64,000 bases of DNA from an uncultured virus (IMG/VR IMGVR_UViG_3300028591_000091) (Duplodnaviria; Heunggongvirae; Uroviricota; Caudoviricetes), in IMG/VR virus record IMGVR_UViG_3300028591_000091. One strand, 5' to 3'. Shown in pieces: positions 19,797-29,769 of the stretch. How positions within the stretch are numbered: the first letter of the stretch is position 1; the number at the start of each line of letters is the position of its first letter. Made by a program: the position numbers and the translations under genes. Below the pieces are notes generated by a model. That model worked only from the letters and a program-made list of their open reading frames with translations, made no database searches and had not been told where the DNA came from.

Positions 19797-20724
19797 AAAT
19801 CTAATTGTGAAGGAATAGGAAAAGAGGATTGCAGGAGTGTGGTTTTTAGTATATCTGAGTTAACCATAAAACGTTTGTAATAAAATATAGTGTCCTTTGC
19901 ACCTTCTTTTATGAAGAAAGGTCGTTGTCTATAGAATATTCTAGTTTCAGTCGGATTTAAAAATTTCTGTTTAAAGTTTATTCTTTTAGATCCGTGTACT
20001 ATACAGGTCATATCTATTTCTATGTACCAATCTTCAACCTTAGTGAGAAAAATTAAGGTGTTTGAGCTTCTACAATGCCCTTTAAATTGTAATCCCTCTA
20101 TTATAATTTTCATTTTTACTACGACAGTTTAAAATTTCTTTTAAAGCTTCTGCATTAACTTCAAATTCTTCTGTCTCGCTTGGTGTAAAACGATTTTTTA
20201 TATATGTAAAATCATAAAAATCTGATTTAATTTTACTATCATATGAGCATATATTCCTACTACCCTTTAATAGTTTTCTCTTTAAATTAATCCTTTTTCT
20301 ATTAAATGAATAGATAAGTATAATATAAAACCTATCTTCCATTTGGAATAAGAAATATAACACATAATAAGTAGATTCGGTTATTCCTTTGTAACTAATT
20401 TTTGCTGCTTCTATCTTAATTTTCTTATCCACAGTTTTTATTATTATGTTCAAGAACTGTAATAATGTCTTTCGTATTAATAATAAATTTTATTTTTTCT
20501 ATTACAAAATCATCACTAATAACTACTGGATCTGTAATAATTTTTTGGCTTACTGGAATTAAATTTAAAAGTCTTCTTTTAAGATTCACCCTTTTATGAT
20601 TATCTTTATATAATAATAAAATAGTTATCTTAGAGCCTTCGAGGTTTAAAATGTATACTAAGGGTGTATAACCTACTTGAATTTGTCTGTATCTTATTCC
20701 AGTTATTTTTAATAAACTAATCAC
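19784..20724 (-). CDS. Three tandem paralogues (19784..20113, 20082..20453, 20425..20724)
   Basis: Shared KR(I/V)N(L/F)K(R/Q)(K/R)(L/F)L motif and F.(V/I)N motif. Confidence 0.7.
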
Positions 20725-20752
20725 ATATATAAGGAAAAAGAGTCAGGAGTTT

Positions 20753-21181
20753 TTATCCTCCTGATTTCTTTTTTATATCTTTAACCCATATTTTTGGTTT
20801 TCCGAATAGTACAAGTGGTTCTGTTATCACCCACTTCTCTATTTTCTCTGCGTCTCCTGGTTTTCCCTTATTTTCCAAGTTTATTCCAAGTACGATATGT
20901 TTGTATCTACTTCTTGTTGAAGTACTACACATTACTCTAACGGCGGCAACTTTTTCATTTATTCCAAAGTGTGTTACTATTAGAGTAAGTTTTGTATTTT
21001 TATTTTTCTCAAACCAATTTTTTTCGGATTTAGATAATTCGACGTTAGGTCCAGAATTAAATACCACTGTCATATGGTGGCAAAAAACTCTCCAACCTTC
21101 GTGTACACCAAATCTTTTCTTCAGGATGTCTTGACTTTCTTTGTCAAGTTCCACCCCATAATATAATATATTTTTGTCCAT
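20753..21181 (-). CDS. 2H phosphoesterase-like protein
   Basis: HHMTV first H-x-T motif; second motif degenerate (KHIVL). Confidence 0.6.
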   Translation of the reverse strand: MDKNILYYGVELDKESQDILKKRFGVHEGWRVFCHHMTVVFNSGPNVELSKSEKNWFEKNKNTKLTLIVTHFGINEKVAAVRVMCSTSTRSRYKHIVLGINLENKGKPGDAEKIEKWVITEPLVLFGKPKIWVKDIKKKSGG

Positions 21182-21221
21182 ATGGTTTTAGTTTTAAGTT
21201 ACGTCTCGAAAACTCCCCTGA

Positions 21222-21593
21222 TTAAGGTCTCGGGGGAGTATAGTGAAATATGTGCGAAATTCTTTTTGGTTCTCCTAAAAATCTAACCTTCAATGCTACT
21301 ACCTGTTTAAAGGGTGTTGTTTTTCCTCTAAATATTTGATTTAGAACTAAGCAGTAATCATCAGATATTTGTTTTTTCGCCTTTATCCACTCTTTAATGT
21401 TCTTTCCTACGGGCAACAGGTTTTCTCTTTTGTAATTAACTATTGAGAATTTCTTTAGCGTTACCCAATCTGTAAAACTTCCATCTATATCAACCAGTTG
21501 TACGGCCTCCAGATAGAATGCTGACCCAAAAACGGGATCTAAGTCCGTTAATTGGAATCTCTTTTTTGTTCTCTTAAAAATTCTTTGTTCCAT
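21222..21593 (-). CDS. Hypothetical protein
   Basis: ORF. Confidence 0.65.
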   Translation of the reverse strand: MEQRIFKRTKKRFQLTDLDPVFGSAFYLEAVQLVDIDGSFTDWVTLKKFSIVNYKRENLLPVGKNIKEWIKAKKQISDDYCLVLNQIFRGKTTPFKQVVALKVRFLGEPKRISHIFHYTPPRP

Positions 21594-21687
21594 GTTTGTT
21601 CAAAAATTTATTTGTTTATAATAAATAAAAGAGCCCCTGATTTTTGTCTTTAGGAGCTCTTTAATTCTCATTCTATATATAAGGATT

Positions 21688-22155
21688 TTAGGTCTGTTTA
21701 GGCGTCCTCTTATATTTCCATAGAGAACATTCTGCACTACATTCCATAAAGCATTCATATTGACAATGATGATCGAGATCAGATACTGATGTTTCCTGAC
21801 CATCTTGTTCTACTATTTTTTCAAGCCACCGGGAATTTGTATATCGAATTCTTATTTCGTGTGTACTTCCTCCGGGTTTTACGGATATAGTCATTAAGGC
21901 GCAGGTTTGATATTCAGGCTTTGGATCTAGTATTTTAGAGAAAGCTTGTTGTATAAACTTTTTCATCAGCGTTGTATTATGGTCTATCAAGGGTTTAATC
22001 CCCATAAATATTCCATACTCTTTATTTTTTTCATCATAAACTAAATCCCCGGGGAGTAATATTTGTTTATTTTTCCCTACAACTCCGCAACCATTTGACA
22101 AAGACCTAATTCCTTTTAACAGGTTTATCTGCTCTTCTTTGCTAAGACTTTCCAT
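21688..22155 (-). CDS. Hypothetical protein with C-terminal Cys cluster
   Basis: C...C...C...C.L. Confidence 0.7.
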   Translation of the reverse strand: MESLSKEEQINLLKGIRSLSNGCGVVGKNKQILLPGDLVYDEKNKEYGIFMGIKPLIDHNTTLMKKFIQQAFSKILDPKPEYQTCALMTISVKPGGSTHEIRIRYTNSRWLEKIVEQDGQETSVSDLDHHCQYECFMECSAECSLWKYKRTPKQT

Positions 22156-22687
22156 ATATAGTTCGTGAAAGTTCTACTAGGCTTTTCTTTCCTAGTTCTT
22201 TCCATTCACTATTAAGGATTTCAGTGAGGTCTTGATCTACGTTTTCCCACTCCCAATCTGACCATCTAGCTTCCGACAGTTTAACTAGGATTGCATGTTC
22301 TGGGGTAGGAGAATATTGAGAAACCTGATCAATAACTTTCCAGAAGAAATCAGACTGGAAGAGAACGGCCGGAGATTTTAAGGCAGCTCTCCAAACGTTT
22401 TCAATTCTCCAGGCCACTTTATTCCAATCCCCAGGTTCTATTCCTTTTAAAATTCCCTCTACCTTTCCGATTGCTTTTTCATCTTCCTGCCTTGGTTTCT
22501 CGGCCGTGATAAAATCCCAGTCTAATATTTCTGGAGAGTGTGTTAATGTAGAATAATTTTGTTTTGTATCCTCCATTTCTAAAATTACCTCTACTTCTCC
22601 TTCTGTCTCAAGTTTTTCCATTAGCAGTTGAAGACTATATTTATCTCTTACTGTTACCTTTACTTTTCTAGTTGTACTGTTTTCCAT
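22142..22687 (-). CDS. Hypothetical protein
   Basis: ORF in operon. Confidence 0.75.
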   Translation of the reverse strand: MENSTTRKVKVTVRDKYSLQLLMEKLETEGEVEVILEMEDTKQNYSTLTHSPEILDWDFITAEKPRQEDEKAIGKVEGILKGIEPGDWNKVAWRIENVWRAALKSPAVLFQSDFFWKVIDQVSQYSPTPEHAILVKLSEARWSDWEWENVDQDLTEILNSEWKELGKKSLVELSRTIYGKS

Positions 22688-23880
22688 TGATTTTTCTCTT
22701 GTTCCGCATAAATAACTTCTCCATTAGTTTGTGGGTCTAGATTTACTACGTTTCTATATTTATGTGTTTCCCAATCGTTATAATATTTACAGTGAGCATG
22801 AATAGACCACCACCCGGATCCTTTTGTGTGATTTGAAAATTCTTTATCCACCCGGTTCATGTCTCTATTTCCATATATAACATTTCCAATAAACTTAGGA
22901 GAAATTTGTTCAATATATTTTAATCCTGAGTGTGTACAGATATATTTGATCTTTCCACAATCTACAATAACAAATAGTTTAAGAATTCGGTTTAGTCTTT
23001 CCAGGTATGCTTTTGCTTGTTCTGGTGTTAGATCCATGAATTCTTTATAGGTAGTTTTGAAATAATCTGTAGGAATAGACTCGTAAAGTAATTCTCTCAC
23101 TTCTTTATTTCTTCCCCCAACATTTAGCATAATTAGCCCTAGTTGTTTTCTGAGTCTAAGTTCATGATTTCCTTCTAGCCAGATGATACCGCTTTTATTT
23201 CCTTTCCTTATAATTTCATCTATCATTTCTCTACTTCCTCTTTCTTCTGGTCCGTCAATATAATCACCATGAAAGATTGTAAAGTCATAATCTTTAAAGG
23301 ATGGTAATAACTTAAAAAGAGAAAAGTTTGAATGAATATCAGACACATGAAGAACTTTTTTATTTTTCCCATTTATCCAATTTTCCTTTTCGCATTTCTT
23401 TTCCCAGTATAGTTCTACGTCTCTATATTTTTTGATTATAATTTTTCCTTCTTCATTAAAATCAAGATGTCCTACTACTTCTCTCTTAAGTTCATCTTTC
23501 CGTTTTTCAGGATAGTAAGAGAGACTATAAGCCTTCTGATTTTTTACATAGTCTTTAGGAATATTTTGATAAACATAGAAAACTGTATAACCGAAAATAA
23601 AAGCCAGAGACTCAAAAACTTTAAGGCATTCATTTTCTGGGTCCAATACTATGAGACATCCTTTTGATAGTTTAGTAATGAAAACTTTTAAGAATTCAGA
23701 ATAAACCGTATCTCCGTATGATTTGTTTAGTACTTCTTTAAATGGTACTAATAATTCTGGGCTACTATAAAGTTTTCGTATTACATCGATATCCAGAAAA
23801 AAATTCTTAAGACCTTCCTTTTCTATCCACCTAAGTTTTTCTGTTTTAGCAACACCTTTTAGGATAATTAATGTTTTCAC
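22660..23880 (-). CDS. Pnkp-like fusion: degenerate P-loop kinase + metallophosphoesterase
   Basis: LIILKGVAKTEK; SDIHS, GDYIDGP, EGNHE, THSG. Confidence 0.8.
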   Translation of the reverse strand: MKTLIILKGVAKTEKLRWIEKEGLKNFFLDIDVIRKLYSSPELLVPFKEVLNKSYGDTVYSEFLKVFITKLSKGCLIVLDPENECLKVFESLAFIFGYTVFYVYQNIPKDYVKNQKAYSLSYYPEKRKDELKREVVGHLDFNEEGKIIIKKYRDVELYWEKKCEKENWINGKNKKVLHVSDIHSNFSLFKLLPSFKDYDFTIFHGDYIDGPEERGSREMIDEIIRKGNKSGIIWLEGNHELRLRKQLGLIMLNVGGRNKEVRELLYESIPTDYFKTTYKEFMDLTPEQAKAYLERLNRILKLFVIVDCGKIKYICTHSGLKYIEQISPKFIGNVIYGNRDMNRVDKEFSNHTKGSGWWSIHAHCKYYNDWETHKYRNVVNLDPQTNGEVIYAEQEKNQWKTVQLEK

Positions 23881-23882
23881 GT

Positions 23883-24452
23883 TTATTCTGGTAGTTGAAG
23901 TTGTTGAAGGTCTCTAAATTTCTGTATATAAGAGCCTGCACAAAGTATAACATCTTTAACTGACGTTTTACCTGTCAAAAGAGGAACATTATACTTTTCA
24001 CAATATAATCTAATCTGGGAGTATACTTGGTTAGCTTCCCCGCATCTTACTACCAATTTTCCCGACGTTACCATACTTCCAAATTCTAAGATAGGAATAG
24101 GGGAGACGGATTTATTCATTATGTTCAGGAATACTACATCCGCCATATCCATCATTGTCATTCTCCAGTTCATCACAGAAACAAACTCCGGATTATCCAA
24201 CGTCGGAGCTAAGTTCATGGTAGGAGGAACATGCGGGTTAAAGATTATCCACTGAGCTCCCCTTATCATAAGCAAACCTTTAAGAGGATCCGTCAGTTTT
24301 AGTAGTCCCTCCTGGAATTTAGTTTGCCAGTCATTTTCAGAAGAACCAAAATCCATAGTTCCTCCAAGATAAAGTTTAATAGCATCGTTCGTTACCTGAG
24401 GAAGTTGATCTCCTGGGTAAAGAACGGTAATTTTGTCACTAAGTTGTATCAT
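23883..24452 (-). CDS. Nucleoside 2-deoxyribosyltransferase-like protein
   Basis: LYLGGTMD...DWQ, FNP, W...M..ADV, SPIPILEFG. Confidence 0.7.
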   Translation of the reverse strand: MIQLSDKITVLYPGDQLPQVTNDAIKLYLGGTMDFGSSENDWQTKFQEGLLKLTDPLKGLLMIRGAQWIIFNPHVPPTMNLAPTLDNPEFVSVMNWRMTMMDMADVVFLNIMNKSVSPIPILEFGSMVTSGKLVVRCGEANQVYSQIRLYCEKYNVPLLTGKTSVKDVILCAGSYIQKFRDLQQLQLPE

Positions 24453-24504
24453 TTTTTAGATTAAATTTAAGGAGAAAGGAAACTATCCTCTCTCCAAGTC
24501 AATA

Positions 24505-25086
24505 TTAGCACCAATTTTCCAGAACTAGTTTATCCTCATACCGTTTTCTAAGAGTCTTAAGATCTCCGTTAAACAATAGGATAGACACCTCTGAATATTC
24601 GTGCGTTCCAAATTCTACTACAGCCTGGTGGAATATATATTTTCTTTCTTCACCAGATGCTTTGTATTCAGAGAAATCTTTTATTATACAAAGTTTTCTC
24701 TTATTTTTTACTGCTGCCTGAATGTCCTTTTGCAATTCTTCCTTTGGGTATCCGTAGAGAGGAATAAATTCTGTAGTTTTGAGTTCTTTCTTCAGAGCGC
24801 ATTCAATAAAGGAATTAATGATACTCTGAAATGTTGTCATACTTCTCTCGTTTATTCCTATAGCCAATTTATTTTCTGACGCACTCACAACAGATCCACT
24901 ATTATCCACAGGAAATGTTATTACAGCAGTTCTCTCATTATACCACTCTACCTCTGTATCTTTAGGAACACTCGGGTTTTCAGTAATCATACCTGAGAAA
25001 TTTTTAAAGTATCTCATCATTAGATATGTTTCAACACTCAATGTAATTCTCCTCTTCTCAGGATTGTATCCGGGCTGTACATTCAT
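24505..25086 (-). CDS. Hypothetical protein
   Basis: ORF downstream of promoter motif. Confidence 0.75.
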   Translation of the reverse strand: MNVQPGYNPEKRRITLSVETYLMMRYFKNFSGMITENPSVPKDTEVEWYNERTAVITFPVDNSGSVVSASENKLAIGINERSMTTFQSIINSFIECALKKELKTTEFIPLYGYPKEELQKDIQAAVKNKRKLCIIKDFSEYKASGEERKYIFHQAVVEFGTHEYSEVSILLFNGDLKTLRKRYEDKLVLENWC

Positions 25087-25128
25087 ATTTTATTAAACTA
25101 TTTATTATTGTTATCTCCTTTATAAGGA

Positions 25129-25719
25129 TTATAGGCCTTCTCGAGAGCGAATATTAATGGTAAAATCAAAAACACCCGGAGATTCAAGTGGAGTAAGTTT
25201 TCTCATCTCAGAACATAATTGTTTAAACTCTTTTTTCTGAACACTCTCTTTTTCTAGATGTGATATTCTAAGGGTCTTAATTCCTATTCCTTCTAAATAT
25301 AAATCTCTTAGTTTATCCTTTTCTGCACTATGATATTCTGAGTCTAGTTCTACAGCTAGTCTAAGAGTAGGAAAATAATAGTCTAAAAGAAAAAATCCCC
25401 CATCAATTCCTACTGGTCTTTTAAAATTCGATATAACAACTGGAAATTCTCGTACTACAATTAGTGGTTCCCAAAAACCAATATTAATAAGCATGTCGAA
25501 AAATCTAGCCTGTAGTGAACGTTTTCTCAGTTGTTTTAATCGAGTGAATCTTTTTATAGAGGTAGTAGAAGGATAAATAGTTTTCTTAAAATTATAAATT
25601 CTTCCCCTTTCTGATACTGAATAAACTGGATAAGGTTGCCAAGGAATATCAGGAAATGTAAATGTTTCTAAATAATCTTTCTTTGCCATAATTTTTAAAA
25701 AGGAGGGAGTGTTAATCAA
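25129..25719 (-). CDS. DUF559/Vsr-like endonuclease
   Basis: FLLDYYFPTLRLAVELDSEYH...DKLRDLYL..IGIKTLRI. Confidence 0.8.
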   Translation of the reverse strand: MINTPSFLKIMAKKDYLETFTFPDIPWQPYPVYSVSERGRIYNFKKTIYPSTTSIKRFTRLKQLRKRSLQARFFDMLINIGFWEPLIVVREFPVVISNFKRPVGIDGGFFLLDYYFPTLRLAVELDSEYHSAEKDKLRDLYLEGIGIKTLRISHLEKESVQKKEFKQLCSEMRKLTPLESPGVFDFTINIRSREGL

Positions 25720-25781
25720 GTTTCCCTAACTACACTCCTCTCCATGTTTTATGATATTCTCTCTATCTCTTTCAGGATACT

Positions 25782-26246
25782 TCAATCTTTAGGCTCTTCC
25801 TCCTCGGGTTCCTCTGGTGCCTTTCCGTCAGAGGTAACCAAGACAATAACAGTACTAACAATTGATGATGCGGGCTTACTTACTTTTATAGTAGTTTGTC
25901 CTTCGCTCACTGCATATACAATACCCTCTGAACTTACCCAAGCTACTTCAAGATTAGAGCTTTCCCAGCAGAGTTCAGGAAGATTAGCAATCTTAGGCGT
26001 TTGTTCTACGTCTAATTTTAAAAATCCACCAACCTGAATAACAGGAGTTGTGTTGGTGATTTTAATACTTACAAGATTGGCAGGATCATAAACCTCAGAA
26101 TCATTTTTCCAAGGGATCATGTCATAAGATTTTCTAGGAGCCATTCCATTGTGAGATTTTTTCAGTATGTCTTCTGGAGTAATACCAGTTTCATACAGAT
26201 TAACTCCTTCCGTGTTTAGATTTTCATTCATAGTTCTAAATTGCAA
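25782..26246 (-). CDS. Ig-like (Big_2) domain protein
   Basis: WESSNLEVAWVSSEGIVYAVSEGQTTIKV. Confidence 0.8.
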   Translation of the reverse strand: MQFRTMNENLNTEGVNLYETGITPEDILKKSHNGMAPRKSYDMIPWKNDSEVYDPANLVSIKITNTTPVIQVGGFLKLDVEQTPKIANLPELCWESSNLEVAWVSSEGIVYAVSEGQTTIKVSKPASSIVSTVIVLVTSDGKAPEEPEEEEPKD

Positions 26247-26326
26247 TTTATATTGGTTAAAGAAAAGAGAACCAGATAATTTAATATCTAGTTTCTCTAT
26301 TCAAATTTTCTATTATTCTCTCACAG

Positions 26327-26908
26327 TTAAGGATTTGAGGTCATCGTAAGCGCATTTTTCCAATTAGTGAGAAAATCAGGTCCTTCAATACTCGCTATTA
26401 ATTCTAAAGAATATGCTAATTGTAAGAGACAATCTTTACATAAACATACACTTGATTCTTTAGACATAAAAGCTAAGGTTTCATCTTCTAGGTCCAAAGT
26501 TTTATCTTGTGATCCTATATAATAAACAGTCTTTCCACAAATTGGGCACCTATCTTCCCCCTCTCCTGCTACAGAACTTATTATCTCTGGTTTTTCTATA
26601 AAAGCATGCATAAGATGTCTCATAAATCTTCCATATTGAAGACTCCTATATGCCTCTACTAAAATACAAGCTTCTTCCGGATTTTTAATTAATAAACCTT
26701 TGGGGTCTATTCCATGAGTTTCCCTGTATTCTGAAATTATACTTGGTAACTCATAGTCTCCAATTTTTCTAGGATAACAATAGGAATAGATTAAAAGTTT
26801 ATCTATTTCTCCTTCAATCTTTTGTGAGTTTTGTATTAGTTCTCTTCCCCTATCAGAATCAATATTATTCTTTAAAAGATAGTCAGTAAATATTTTTAAA
26901 TCAGCCAT
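26327..26908 (-). CDS. Hypothetical Zn-finger protein
   Basis: CPICG ... CKDC. Confidence 0.75.
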   Translation of the reverse strand: MADLKIFTDYLLKNNIDSDRGRELIQNSQKIEGEIDKLLIYSYCYPRKIGDYELPSIISEYRETHGIDPKGLLIKNPEEACILVEAYRSLQYGRFMRHLMHAFIEKPEIISSVAGEGEDRCPICGKTVYYIGSQDKTLDLEDETLAFMSKESSVCLCKDCLLQLAYSLELIASIEGPDFLTNWKNALTMTSNP

Positions 26909-27073
26909 AATATTGAGTAATATATGAAGGACAAATATTTTCTGGATTTTTGTTTGGAGAACTTTTTATTACCCTCAATGAAGTTTTTATTAGCTCTTCT
27001 TTTAATGCATCAGGTCTAACGAAATTCACTCCTTCTACGTCACTAATAATTGTATTTTTCATTTTTGATTTGT

Positions 27074-27370
27074 TTACATATATAAGGATATAGGGTCTTC
27101 TCTAAAAACATGTATTTCAGTTATTTTATGAAAACCAGAATCCGGAGTTGGAAGGCGAGTAATTAACGATTTCCAACCTGGATAATTTGAATATAATAAA
27201 TCAGGTCTAAGGTCGCCATCTTCAATATGATTTTGTGTAGGAAAATATCCAGAATTTTTTCTAATTTCACTAATCAGTTCTTTCATTTCAGCCAACTCTT
27301 TTTCGCTTATTTCAGAGAACCAACAGCTTTCCTCTCCCTCTCTAGAGTCTACTTTGATTAAAAAGTACAT
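27074..27370 (-). CDS. Hypothetical protein
   Basis: ORF. Confidence 0.7.
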   Translation of the reverse strand: MYFLIKVDSREGEESCWFSEISEKELAEMKELISEIRKNSGYFPTQNHIEDGDLRPDLLYSNYPGWKSLITRLPTPDSGFHKITEIHVFREDPISLYM

Positions 27371-28620
27371 GTGGCAGATATTTTCTTGAATTCTTCTTCT
27401 CCAAAATAATCAAGAACATTATAGATATATGCTCCACAATAAGTGGGTTTGGTCGCATTTAAATATTCTAAAAGTTTGTCAGGGTCTTTCGCTATTTTAA
27501 AATTCAAACTTGGAACACCACTAGGAGTAGTATATCTCATTCTATTTGAGACATAGTTTTCTATAATATTTTTTGCTTGTTCCTTAAACAATGTTTTTTC
27601 TTCTTCTCCCAGTTTATTATAGTCTATCAATAATTCGTGTCCAGTTATTTTTGGATATCTGGTTGTATAAAAATCTGAAATAAACTCTTTTAAGTTTTTA
27701 CAATCATTTTTAAAGATTGGTTTAATTTCTACAGCAGGATGTGTAGTTCGTTTTATTAATTTTAATCTTCTATTATATATATGGTTTAACTCTAAATAAG
27801 TTAAATAAGTAGTAACAAACGTGGAGATTAATCCACCAGAATTAGAGTTTATTAATCCCTCTACCTCTTTATCTAGATTTGTAATATCTAAAACTAAAGA
27901 TAAATCCTCTGTGGTTTTTTCTAAATAATATCTATCAAACCTAGACGGTAATTGAGATCCAAAGCCACTTCCACATTCCTTAAACCACCCCTTTGATATT
28001 TCTCCTAAATATATAAATGATTTTTCCGTTTTAGTAATATATGAATATCCAATTTTCCACTTTGTTGTTCCTCGTCCTTCAGAGATTAATCTACCTAAGT
28101 CTTTCTTTTCTGTCATCTTAGAATTTTCTGGATTTTCTACATCAAAAACTGTGCTATAAACACCAGAAATACCAGATTCATTAATACAACAGAAATTTCC
28201 AGACAATACTTCTTCTGTTACATTTTTACTTTTTGATATTAGAGAGATTAGGTTATTACTCTCCACATAAGTTGCTATAATAAAAGGATATCTTTCTAAA
28301 TCAGGATGTTCTATTTTTACTAGATGACAATCACAATAAGATTTTGGGTAAAAATGAAAATTTGACTTATCATAATTAGAAAATAAAGTTAAAGTAAATC
28401 CAGAGTTTGGAACAGTTATTTTCTCCCAGTTAACTTTTTTTAACTGATCCAAAGATAAAAAATAGTGTCTATGATTTACTGATTCTTTATCTTTTCTCCA
28501 CTTAAGTTTATCTACAGGAAGGACTAAAACAATATTTTCCGAACTAAATAGGTTCCAACTATCTTCTGTTGGTAACATCATACATACATTTGTTCCTATA
28601 CTTTTCATAATTAATATCAA
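27358..28620 (-). CDS. Hypothetical protein, 420 aa
   Basis: Long ORF after promoter motif at ~28627-28638. Confidence 0.8.
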   Translation of the reverse strand: MILIMKSIGTNVCMMLPTEDSWNLFSSENIVLVLPVDKLKWRKDKESVNHRHYFLSLDQLKKVNWEKITVPNSGFTLTLFSNYDKSNFHFYPKSYCDCHLVKIEHPDLERYPFIIATYVESNNLISLISKSKNVTEEVLSGNFCCINESGISGVYSTVFDVENPENSKMTEKKDLGRLISEGRGTTKWKIGYSYITKTEKSFIYLGEISKGWFKECGSGFGSQLPSRFDRYYLEKTTEDLSLVLDITNLDKEVEGLINSNSGGLISTFVTTYLTYLELNHIYNRRLKLIKRTTHPAVEIKPIFKNDCKNLKEFISDFYTTRYPKITGHELLIDYNKLGEEEKTLFKEQAKNIIENYVSNRMRYTTPSGVPSLNFKIAKDPDKLLEYLNATKPTYCGAYIYNVLDYFGEEEFKKISATCTF

Positions 28621-28676
28621 TATTACGTATATAAGGGCTTTAAGCTCTTAATAGTGTAAATTAAAACTTTAATGTT

Positions 28677-28970
28677 ATGAATAAGAATCAAAGAGTAGTA
28701 TTATTCCGCTCAATTATTAAAATTTTATTTGTATTTGTAGTCATTTCTTATCTTTTATGGCTAGGATGGAACATTTTTGTAGTTAAAGAATTAGGAGTAG
28801 GAAATATTATAGAACTAAAAAGGATTTGGGTTTTTGGTTTCCCTACATTAGTATTATTTTACCTTCTTCGTCTTTTTAGTCCTTATTGGATGATTTTTAT
28901 AAAACTTTTCGATTTTGTTTTCTATTCCCTTCTTTGGTTTGGATGGTTAAAATTAATTGAATGGCTGTAA
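28677..28970 (+). CDS. Membrane protein
   Basis: Three hydrophobic segments. Confidence 0.65.
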   Translation: MNKNQRVVLFRSIIKILFVFVVISYLLWLGWNIFVVKELGVGNIIELKRIWVFGFPTLVLFYLLRLFSPYWMIFIKLFDFVFYSLLWFGWLKLIEWL

Positions 28971-29079
28971 AACCTATTATAACATCTTCCTTTGGGTTGA
29001 TGTTATATTTTATTTAAATTAATAAAACTCTCCTGTATAAGCTTAATCTCCTTAATAGTGTGAATTAAACTTAAACACA

Positions 29080-29766
29080 ATGAAAACAAGACAAGAAATA
29101 TTGAAAGAGAAGTATGGATTTAATAAAGGTTCATACAAATACGTTCCTAGAGGCGCTGAAATCTTAAAAATGATTGGGCAAAATGTAATTAAAGTTGAGT
29201 ATGATAAAAAAGAAGATGGTACTTGGAATACTAAATTCGGACCAGCTCTTTTAGTGTCAGTTTCAGATTTTGATCCAATTAATATGTCTTATAAAGCTGT
29301 CTATCAAGAGGTAGGTAAAGAGGAAACTGAGGAATTCACGATGATACCAGAAGGATATTCCTGGGCGGATTCAGAAAATGTATCTCATATAATTCGTCTT
29401 CTTCCTGGCTCTATGCATTGTCAACTTATGGAAGATGAATTATTTTATGAAAGATTAAAAACTTTATGGGAAACTAGACCAACCTTAGATTTTATTGCTC
29501 TCACTGGTTTGGCTAGTTCTAAAGACAAGGATACAAGTTTAAGATATTCACGTCACTTAGCTTGTCTGATTAAATTAGAAGATGAAGAAGATGTACTATA
29601 TTTTAGAATCCACAAACTCAATCTGAAACATAAATCAGGAAAAGACTATGCACTTTCTTTGTGGGATGGTGATGATAATTCAATAAGGGCTCTTATTAAG
29701 TCTGATGAAAAGGAATATAATTTTGAACTTGGAATAGGAAAATTTAAAATAATTGATTTGTGTTAA
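29080..29766 (+). CDS. Hypothetical protein
   Basis: ORF after promoter motif. Confidence 0.8.
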   Translation: MKTRQEILKEKYGFNKGSYKYVPRGAEILKMIGQNVIKVEYDKKEDGTWNTKFGPALLVSVSDFDPINMSYKAVYQEVGKEETEEFTMIPEGYSWADSENVSHIIRLLPGSMHCQLMEDELFYERLKTLWETRPTLDFIALTGLASSKDKDTSLRYSRHLACLIKLEDEEDVLYFRIHKLNLKHKSGKDYALSLWDGDDNSIRALIKSDEKEYNFELGIGKFKIIDLC

Positions 29767-29769
29767 TAT

